NCBI GenBank assembly: GCA_039208735.1
Contig: JBCCQY010000101.1
Coordinates: forward strand, 1 to 33,922
Direction: 5' to 3'
Length of the DNA: 33,922 nucleotides
Source of the DNA: Myxococcota bacterium
Lineage (GTDB): Bacteria; Myxococcota_A; UBA796; GCA-2862545
The stretch's first letter is position 1. The number at the start of each line of letters is the position of its first letter. Below the pieces are notes generated by a model. The model did not search any database. It saw nothing but the letters and a program-made list of their open reading frames with translations, and had not been told where the DNA came from. Shown one piece after another: positions 27,206-33,922 of this stretch. The translations under genes and the position numbers were made by a program.

Positions 27206-28546
27206 ATGAAAACGTCCCGGAATCCCATCGCGATGAGCCGACGGCAGGCGCTTCGAACCGCATTGTTCGGTACCGGCCTCGTCGGATTGCAGTCCCTGGC
27301 CACAGGCCTTCCCTCGGCCGTGTTCGGTCCGATGGGCCTTGGCGCCCTCGACGCCTACGCTGCCGAAGGCCGCGAACCCCAGTATTTGCTGATGTTCACC
27401 TCGTCCCGGGGTGAGCCGTTCAACTGCAACGCCCCCGGCGTCTACGGAGTGGCGGGCATCGATACGAACCCCCAAGGGGCCATGGCCGAGACGGCCGTGA
27501 CGTTGGGCGAGGTCGCAACCACGGCCTCGGCGCCGTGGGCCACATTGCCGCAGTGGGTGCTCGATCGCACGTCGGTCATTCACCACCGGACCTACCAAAA
27601 TGCCCACCCCCAGTACGCCAAGGTCATGCGCCTGGTGGGGAGCGCACGTGAAGCCGATGGCGGAGGCACCGAGTACTTGCCTTCGGTCGTGGCCTCCGAG
27701 ATGCACCAAGCGTTGCGGACGATTCAGGCCGCCCCCATTCGGATGGCTGGCGATAACGAGGAACTCGGCTTTGAAGGGCGCCCTGTGCAGCGGATTCGCC
27801 CCTCGACCCTGGCCGAGGTGTTCTCCGTTCCCGACAACGACAATGCCATCGCATTGGCCGAGATTCGGCAGCGCGCCCTCGACGACATCAACGCGCTCGC
27901 CAAGGAACGCGGCACTCCGAGCCAGCGGCTGCTCATCGACCGCTTCGCCACGTCGCGCGAACAGGTCAAGAGCCTGGACGAGACCCTGCTTGGCCGACTT
28001 GCCCTCATCGATGGCGATGACGCTCGCAACCAGTTGCAGGCAGCCATCACGCTGTTCCTCATGAACCTGACGCCCGTAGCGACGGTGCAACTGCGGTTTG
28101 GCGGCGACAACCACAACGACAACAATCTCGACGACGAGCGAGAGCAGCACGTCGAGACCTTCGAACTGCTCCGCGACTTCTTCCTCGACCTCGAGCAGAC
28201 CCCCCTGCGCGACAAGGTGACCGTGGCGAACCTCGATGTGTTCGGCCGCACCCTCGAACGCAACAACAACGGGGGCCGGGACCACAACCTCAACCACCAC
28301 GTCATGATGATCAGTGGTGCAGGGGTACGAGGGGGCCTGCACGGCAAGGTGGGTCCATCAGGCAACGACTTCGGAGCCACCGCCATCGATTCGCAGACCG
28401 GTGAAGGCTACGACGGCGCGGACATCCCCGAGGAAGAGACCCTCGAAGCCGCGGCAAAGACGCTCGCCACGGCGGTGGGGATCGATGCCGAAACCGTCGA
28501 ACGCCGCATCGATGGCGGCAAGGTGATCGTGCCCGCTATCGCGTGA
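27206..28546 (+). CDS. Tat-exported DUF1501-like protein
   Basis: Twin-arginine SRRQAL and GLQSLATGLP. C-terminal FGGDNH, DVFGRT and GRDHN match the DUF1501 GGWDTH / EFGRT / GxDH pattern. Confidence 0.75.
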   Translation: MKTSRNPIAMSRRQALRTALFGTGLVGLQSLATGLPSAVFGPMGLGALDAYAAEGREPQYLLMFTSSRGEPFNCNAPGVYGVAGIDTNPQGAMAETAVTLGEVATTASAPWATLPQWVLDRTSVIHHRTYQNAHPQYAKVMRLVGSAREADGGGTEYLPSVVASEMHQALRTIQAAPIRMAGDNEELGFEGRPVQRIRPSTLAEVFSVPDNDNAIALAEIRQRALDDINALAKERGTPSQRLLIDRFATSREQVKSLDETLLGRLALIDGDDARNQLQAAITLFLMNLTPVATVQLRFGGDNHNDNNLDDEREQHVETFELLRDFFLDLEQTPLRDKVTVANLDVFGRTLERNNNGGRDHNLNHHVMMISGAGVRGGLHGKVGPSGNDFGATAIDSQTGEGYDGADIPEEETLEAAAKTLATAVGIDAETVERRIDGGKVIVPAIA

Positions 28547-29792
28547 TGACGAGTCCGGTGCCGAGCTGAAAGACGAGGCCCGACGTCGCGATGTCGGGCT
28601 CGACTCGGACCCACTCCTCGTCCGACCAAAAACCAAGCCCCCCGTGAAGGTTCCACCCCACGGTGGGGCTGGCCTGCAGGTCCACTCCAATGCGCCCGCG
28701 ACCACCGGTCGCCCAGTACATCCCGTCCTCGTCGCGGTGGTATTGCGCCACCACCGCTTCTCCCCCGACGTATGGACGAATCACGCCCTTGAGCGTTTGA
28801 AACTGTAGTCCAGCGCTCAAGGGGGCCATCGCGTTCCACACCCGGGTGCCCCCGTCAGCCAGCTGGAGATTGGGCGGAAGTTCTCGATTGACCGCGTATA
28901 GTTCAATGCCCGCCACCAAAAAGAGCGGACCCACCAGGCGACGGGCTCCCTCGATACCGCCCGATGCGAAGTCGAACTTGTCGTAGCGAGCCCAGCCACC
29001 GCGCCCCACGAGCCTCCAGCCCACGCGATCGGTGGGCCGTTCCTTCGCTTCCTTCGCTTGTACCGTCCGGGAGGATTTGGCCGTCTTCTCTGGCTTGTTT
29101 GCCTTCGAGGCCTTGGCCGTCTTCTCCGGCTGGTTGGCCTTCTCTGGCTTGTCCGCCTTCACCGTCTTTTTCGGTTTCTCTGGTTTTTCCGCCTTGGCGA
29201 CCGCTGGAGCCTCCGGTTCCGGTGCCGCTTTGGGTGGATCCTTCTTGGTCTTTTCAGGTTTCAGGCCTCGCTCGACCGCCGGAGGTTCTGGCTCGGCCGT
29301 CGGAGGCTCGAGCCCCAACAGCTCAGGCGGGATCGGAATGCCCGTCAGCAGCGATTCGACAGCAAGAAAGACCCGCTCTTCGATGTCGGCAGGGCGCTCG
29401 GGCACGGGAACCGCCACGCGTTCCTGAACGAGCCCTCGGTACACATGCACGATGTCGAATATCGGACCGTCCGGAGACGGGGCGACCGCTGCGGCCACGA
29501 GGTGAGGGGCTCCGCCCGTGATCGCCAGTTCCTCGAGGCATCGAACGTCTTCCAGGCATGCTGGGTTCCAGCTCTGCGACCCCGCGGTTGGCGTCACGAG
29601 GTCGAACTCGGGGCCTCGCATGAGTTCGGCGATGAGGGCCCGGTGAAGATCCTTTGGATTGATGGAGAGGTCCATCGCACTCACTACCGGCGGTACCACG
29701 ACCACTTCTTCCGGAGGGTCATCTGCGGCCCACGCCGGCAATGGAAAAAACCATAAGGCTAAAGCCAGGATTGTCGGATCCCATTTGGTCAT
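28536..29792 (-). CDS. Secreted protein: N-terminal globular domain, Lys/Pro/Ala/Glu repeat linker, probable C-terminal outer-membrane beta-barrel
   Basis: Signal peptide ending PAWA. C-terminal amphipathic strands (IRPYVGGEA, GRIGVD, FQLGTGLVITR). Confidence 0.65.
   Translation of the reverse strand: MTKWDPTILALALWFFPLPAWAADDPPEEVVVVPPVVSAMDLSINPKDLHRALIAELMRGPEFDLVTPTAGSQSWNPACLEDVRCLEELAITGGAPHLVAAAVAPSPDGPIFDIVHVYRGLVQERVAVPVPERPADIEERVFLAVESLLTGIPIPPELLGLEPPTAEPEPPAVERGLKPEKTKKDPPKAAPEPEAPAVAKAEKPEKPKKTVKADKPEKANQPEKTAKASKANKPEKTAKSSRTVQAKEAKERPTDRVGWRLVGRGGWARYDKFDFASGGIEGARRLVGPLFLVAGIELYAVNRELPPNLQLADGGTRVWNAMAPLSAGLQFQTLKGVIRPYVGGEAVVAQYHRDEDGMYWATGGRGRIGVDLQASPTVGWNLHGGLGFWSDEEWVRVEPDIATSGLVFQLGTGLVITR
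29072..29197 (-). repeat. Degenerate in-frame tandem repeat encoding KAxKPEK(T/P/A) units
   Basis: Encodes KAEKPEKPKKTVKADKPEKANQPEKTAKASKANKPEKTAKSS. TTGGCCGTCTTCTC occurs twice and TTCTCTGG three times on the + strand. Confidence 0.75.
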
Positions 29793-30034
29793 GCCCCCCC
29801 CCAGTCGACCACGCGACTTAACCGCATCGACGGGCCACCAAGGGTCCAACCTCGTCAGAACACGTCCGCGCGTTCGCGTGACGGCCCCGCGACAGCTTCC
29901 CCACGGCGGTTGGAAATCCAGATCCGACGCCGAACGATCATGGAACATCGCCCGATTCGAATGGGAAGCAAACGTCCGAACATCGCTTGCCCATGGGGGC
30001 GCTACGGTACGGCTGAACCCCGACGGGAGATGCC

Positions 30035-30532
30035 ATGCGCACGGTACTTGCGATGCTTTCGGCCCTCGCCTGTGACGATGGAGCCCGCATCGAAGCGTCG
30101 GGCCCTGACTCGGGAGACATCGAAGCCACCTCCGAGGCTCCGCCGCTCCGCTTCCGCATTGGCTGGACCCTTGAAGGGATCACGCTGCAGATCGAAAACG
30201 GTTCCGAGGAAGGCTACTTTTTCGGTCTTGCCGAGACTGACGGCCCCTGCAACGACGCAGGGACCTGCTGGACGGGGGAGGACTGCCTCAACGGGTTTGG
30301 CGACTATGGGTATTGCCACCCCATGTCGGGAACCGGGGGGACCTTGCGGTATGGGGCAGCCCCATCCGACGTTGAGGAAGGGTCGACAACGGTGTTTGGC
30401 GCCCCTGAACTCTCCAGCACCGTCACGTACTTCATCGAATCCGCCGACGCGGGCGCCTGTTGGGTAGGCGGGCACGACCCGAGCTACTACACCGCACTCG
30501 GCTGCGAGATCATCGAACTTCAGGCCGACTGA
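30035..30532 (+). CDS. Small Cys-rich acidic lipoprotein, function unknown
   Basis: GGGAG SD; MRTVLAMLSALAC lipobox; six further Cys (PC, TCW, EDC, YCHP, ACW, LGC). Confidence 0.75.
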   Translation: MRTVLAMLSALACDDGARIEASGPDSGDIEATSEAPPLRFRIGWTLEGITLQIENGSEEGYFFGLAETDGPCNDAGTCWTGEDCLNGFGDYGYCHPMSGTGGTLRYGAAPSDVEEGSTTVFGAPELSSTVTYFIESADAGACWVGGHDPSYYTALGCEIIELQAD

Positions 30533-30962
30533 GGTGGCCGTCGTCGCCGTGAACCGTGACGACGACGTTTCGTGCGTGCGGTCGCGTGCGGTGCTCAAAC
30601 AGGTAGAGCCCCTGCCACGTACCCAATGCGAGCCGCCCCTCGCGGACCGGCACGTGCAGTGATGTCTGCGTCAGCGCGGCGCGAATGTGCGCGCTCATGT
30701 CGTCAGGACCCTCCTCGGTGTGGCGATAAACAGGGTCACCATCCGGAACCCGCGACGTGAACCATCCGTCGAGGTCGTGATGAACGTCGGGGTCGGCATT
30801 CTCCTGAATCACCAACGACGCCGAAGTGTGCTGAAGAAAGACGTGGCACAGCCCAGTTTGAATCGGCGATTCAGACACGATCCGTGCCACATCGGCCGTG
30901 AGATCGTGCAGCCCGCGGGTGCGGGGGGGCGTGCGCAGCATGGCTTGATGAAAGGCAATCAC
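30510..30962 (-). CDS. yjbQ: YjbQ / UPF0047 protein
   Basis: HTSASLVIQENADPDV, HTEEGPDDMSAHIR, LGTWQGLYLFEHR. GAGGAG SD before GTG 30962. Confidence 0.93.
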   Translation of the reverse strand: MIAFHQAMLRTPPRTRGLHDLTADVARIVSESPIQTGLCHVFLQHTSASLVIQENADPDVHHDLDGWFTSRVPDGDPVYRHTEEGPDDMSAHIRAALTQTSLHVPVREGRLALGTWQGLYLFEHRTRPHARNVVVTVHGDDGHLSRPEVR

Positions 30963-30999
30963 CGTCTCCTCATATCCAGACTGCGTTTTGAGCTGCGCC

Positions 31000-31015
31000 T
31001 GCGACAATCGACCAC
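31000..31015 (+). promoter_or_regulatory. Possible RegA/PrrA-type box TGCGAC-N5-ACCAC
   Basis: Resembles the GCG(G/A)C-N5-G(T/C)CGC consensus with a degenerate right half; about 50 bp upstream of the barrel-regB-regA operon. Confidence 0.35.
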
Positions 31016-31063
31016 GGTCCAACGTGCCTCTTCTGCCGATACGGTCGGGATCCAGGAGGAGCC

Positions 31064-32038
31064 GTGCGCAAACCGACATTTTGGTTCTTGGCAGCTTGCG
31101 GTTCGGTTTTCCCAACCCACGCCTGGGCGCATCACGATACCGCTGTGCAACAGGTCGGGAGCACCACCACCGACGTGGGTTCCACCGATTTCGAAGGGGA
31201 CGGCCCTCGCTTCGAGGCCCGAGCCGGATTCACCTGGCAGAGCTTCGGCCGCCTGCAATCGGGCGGCGATCGGTTCGACGACGCCAAGCCCGCCGTCGCC
31301 GTCGAACGGTACACGCTGTCGATGTCGTATCGCATGGCCTCGCGCACACGAATCGATCTGGCGTTGCCGGCGGGACGAATTCGAGGCGAGCGGGCCGGCG
31401 CCATGGGCCTGGGGGATGTCTCGGCCGGGCTGTCCCAGGCCTTCGGCCCTGTGCGTGTGGGGCTCCTTGGCACCGCTCCCACGGGCCGCTACACCATGGA
31501 TGCGGTGAGTTCTGTGGTCGATGTGACAGCCGATGATTCGGGCACCCCAAGGCTGACGACCTACGATGCGCGAGCCAGCCTTGGTTCAGGCACCTGGCAA
31601 GTCGGCACGGTAGCAAGCTTGGAAGGGCGCTTGGGCCGGTTCGGAGGACAGCTCCGCACCACGCTCATCCAGCCCCTCAACGAAACCGTCGACGGCATCC
31701 GTTGGGGTCGTGACGTCACGTTGCTTGCCGCAGCCTCAGCGCGGCTCGCCGGTGACCAGATTCAGCTTGGCACCGGTCTCCTCGGGCGTATCCATGCCGC
31801 TGACCGCATCCAGGCCGAGCCGGAGCCCGAACGCACTGCCGAGGTGCTTCGAACCAGCCGCCGCCGATCGCTTGGCATCGTCACGAGCCTAGGCATTCGC
31901 CTTACCGGAGGCCTAAGCTGCGGCACCCGGGCCCATGTTCCACTCGCCCAGTGGGTCCAGGGCGTGCAACTCGCCGAGTCCTTCACGGTGACGGCCTCGT
32001 GTGCCCTCGCCCGGGAGTGGTCGCAGGCATCCTCGTGA
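31064..32038 (+). CDS. Probable outer-membrane beta-barrel channel (MetA-pathway/SphA 'transporter'-like)
   Basis: CAGGAGG SD; signal peptide ending AWA followed by HHD. Motifs GLGDVS, APTGRY, LGSGTW and amphipathic strands. Confidence 0.65.
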   Translation: MRKPTFWFLAACGSVFPTHAWAHHDTAVQQVGSTTTDVGSTDFEGDGPRFEARAGFTWQSFGRLQSGGDRFDDAKPAVAVERYTLSMSYRMASRTRIDLALPAGRIRGERAGAMGLGDVSAGLSQAFGPVRVGLLGTAPTGRYTMDAVSSVVDVTADDSGTPRLTTYDARASLGSGTWQVGTVASLEGRLGRFGGQLRTTLIQPLNETVDGIRWGRDVTLLAAASARLAGDQIQLGTGLLGRIHAADRIQAEPEPERTAEVLRTSRRRSLGIVTSLGIRLTGGLSCGTRAHVPLAQWVQGVQLAESFTVTASCALAREWSQASS

Positions 32039-33279
32039 GCAGGCTGGAGCCTGTGGTGGAGGTGGCTTGGGTGTGGCGGTCCCGCTGGCTCGTCGCCCTC
32101 ACCCACGGCATCGTCGTGGCTTGGAGCCTCGTGGCTGGCTTGACCATCGATTGGCCGTTGGTCCTCATCACCCTGCTCGTCAGCGTGGTCTCGAACTATG
32201 TCGTATGGGCCAATCAGAACGTGGGATCTCCCGTCGCCGCCGCCGCCTTGCTGGCGCTCGATCTGGGTCTTCTCACCCTGTTGTTGCTGGGTAGCGGAAG
32301 TTCAGCCCATCCCTTCACCTTTTTGTACCTGTTCCAGGTCGTCGTGGCGGCGATGGTCCTCGAGTCGCGCTGGGTGTGGGGTCTCGTGCTGCTCGCTGCC
32401 CTTGGCTATGGCAGTCTCTTTGTTCCCGCCTGGCTTTCACCCGACCCCCACGCCGGCCATGCCATGCATGGTTCCGGGGGAATGTTCGACCATTATGTCG
32501 GGATGTGGGTCGCGTTTGGGGTGACCGCCCCTTTCGCGGCCTTCGTGGTCACCCGCGTGCGGCAGGCGCTCGCCGATGCCACCGCTCAAGTCGAGCAGGC
32601 CCAGCGTTTGAAGGAGCGGACCGAGCGCCTCACCGCCTTGGGCACGTTGGCGGCCGGTGCCGCCCACGAACTCGCCACGCCTTTGGCGAGCATTGCCGTG
32701 ATCGCCGGTGACCTTTCCCGGTCAGACCACCCCGAAACCGCGGACGATGGCGCGACCATTCGCCAACAGGTCGAGCGCTGCCGTGCCGTGCTGAATCAGC
32801 TTGCTGCCGATAGCGGCCAAGGCGTGGGCCAGCGGCCCGAATTGGTCACCGGGCGAGCGCTTTTGGAGCGCGTGCTCGAGGGCACCGACCAAGCGCGGCT
32901 GGAGGTCACCGTCAACGCACAGGCCGCCCATCATCCTTCTTGGGTCCCCGCCGACCGCGTCGCCCAGGCAATTCGTCAGCTCGTGGCCAACGGCCTTGAC
33001 GCAACCGATGGCCAAGTCGAGGTCAATGTCGCGGTCGTGGGTGGGCATCTTCAAGTCACCGTGCACGACGCCGGATCAGGCATGGCGCCAGACGTGCTCG
33101 CTCGCGCCACCGAGCCCTTCTTTACCACCAAGCCGGTCGGGCAAGGCACGGGCTTGGGGCTCCACTTCGTACGATCGATTGCCGAGCAGGTGGGCGGTTC
33201 GTTGGACCTCGCTTCGGTTCCTGGTGAGGGAACTACCGCGATCATGACCTTACCCACTCGACTTGAGGAGGACGCATGA
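32035..33279 (+). CDS. regB: RegB/PrrB/RoxS-family sensor kinase
   Basis: GTGA coupling; multi-TM N-terminus; GSSAHPF; HYVGMW; LGTLAAGAAHELATPL; QVERC; EPFFTTK; GLGL. Confidence 0.88.
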   Translation: MSRLEPVVEVAWVWRSRWLVALTHGIVVAWSLVAGLTIDWPLVLITLLVSVVSNYVVWANQNVGSPVAAAALLALDLGLLTLLLLGSGSSAHPFTFLYLFQVVVAAMVLESRWVWGLVLLAALGYGSLFVPAWLSPDPHAGHAMHGSGGMFDHYVGMWVAFGVTAPFAAFVVTRVRQALADATAQVEQAQRLKERTERLTALGTLAAGAAHELATPLASIAVIAGDLSRSDHPETADDGATIRQQVERCRAVLNQLAADSGQGVGQRPELVTGRALLERVLEGTDQARLEVTVNAQAAHHPSWVPADRVAQAIRQLVANGLDATDGQVEVNVAVVGGHLQVTVHDAGSGMAPDVLARATEPFFTTKPVGQGTGLGLHFVRSIAEQVGGSLDLASVPGEGTTAIMTLPTRLEEDA

Positions 33280-33842
33280 CGGACGGTGTCGATGCCCGAC
33301 TGCAGGGTTCGAGCATCCTCATCGTGGACGACGATGAAATCTTGCGGGAGCGCCTCGTCCGGTCGTTCTCGCGGCGTGGTTTTGAGGCGTTGGAGGCCGG
33401 TGACTACGAAAGCGCATTGGTCGTCGTGCGGCAGCATCGCATCGACTTGGCCGTCATCGATCTGCGGATGCCTGGCGAATCTGGCCTCCTGGTATTGCGA
33501 GACCTTCTCGACACCCATCCCGAAGCTCTCGTGGTGATCTTGTCCGGGTATGGCAGCATCGCGACCGCCATTGATGCCGTGCGCCTCGGCGCCGTCGACT
33601 TCGTTCAGAAGCCAGCCGACGTCGACCAGCTCATCGAAGCGTTCGCCCGTGCCCTCGAAGACAACCCTTTGGTCGAGCGAGACCCGACGTACGACCCCCC
33701 GTCGCTCGCGCGGGCGGAGTGGGAGCATATTCAGCGGGTTCTTCATGATTGCGGGGGGAATATTACGAAGGCGGCGAGGATGTTGGGGTTGCACCGACGG
33801 ACGTTGCAGCGGAAGTTGCAGAAGCATCCTCCGAGACAGTGA
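33276..33842 (+). CDS. regA: RegA/PrrA/RoxR-family response regulator
   Basis: Receiver domain ILIVDDD, IDLRM, LSGYGSIATA; Fis-type HTH EWEHIQRVL..CGGNITKAARMLGLHRRTLQRKL. Confidence 0.95.
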   Translation: MTDGVDARLQGSSILIVDDDEILRERLVRSFSRRGFEALEAGDYESALVVVRQHRIDLAVIDLRMPGESGLLVLRDLLDTHPEALVVILSGYGSIATAIDAVRLGAVDFVQKPADVDQLIEAFARALEDNPLVERDPTYDPPSLARAEWEHIQRVLHDCGGNITKAARMLGLHRRTLQRKLQKHPPRQ

Positions 33843-33922
33843 TCAGCCTGCAGGCGCGTCAGCGCCGAAGGCTGAACCTGCGCGTCGGCCTGCAGGAGCG
33901 CAGCGACGAAGGCCAGCGCAAC

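Noticed and set aside
29072..29197. Repeat region as a CRISPR array
   Set aside because: The units are degenerate, in-frame and coding, there are no unique spacers, and there are no cas genes.
30923..30929. G7 run in yjbQ as a frameshift site
   Set aside because: The frame is continuous and YjbQ-like on both sides.
806..33279. Long upstream extensions in the ORF track (starts at 2230, 9235, 14054, 16480, 16740, 17895, 19755, 24832, 27101, 29948, 31115, 31951)
   Set aside because: They overlap neighbouring genes or lack an SD. Downstream starts have an SD, a signal peptide or stop-start coupling.
33843..33922. Partial gene or repeat at the right edge (GCCTGCAGG occurs twice; open frames on both strands)
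   Set aside because: Only 80 bp are visible, so strand and frame cannot be decided.

Overview
GC-rich bacterial DNA, densely coding (about 31 CDS). Many short-signal lipoproteins, a DUF1501 plus CxxCH partner pair and a RegBA operon suggest Myxococcota; this is an inference. I saw no rRNA, tRNA, CRISPR array, transposase or integrase. In order, the window holds: (1) a partial MFS transporter; (2) an arylsulfotransferase-like (ASST) lipoprotein, a GT-C-type membrane glycosyltransferase and a divergent sulfatase-like gene broken at a C8 run; (3) a TfoX-like protein, a LysR/NAD(P)H-binding reductase pair, a membrane protein, a Nu-class-like GST and an amidase; (4) a 906-aa Roco protein (non-LRR N-terminus, Roc GTPase, COR, TIR), the best candidate for an uncharacterised immune or signalling system; (5) two divergent TetRs and an OmpR-type two-component system divergent from a split MacAB-type exporter; (6) two more ASST-like lipoproteins; (7) an Irr-like Fur regulator, two monoheme lipoproteins and a Tat-exported DUF1501 protein; (8) a beta-barrel protein with a Lys-rich repeat linker, a Cys-rich lipoprotein and YjbQ; (9) a barrel-regB-regA operon with His-rich features. 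Most start codons were re-called from Shine-Dalgarno (SD) motifs and signal peptides. Family calls come from motifs recognised by eye, not from database searches.
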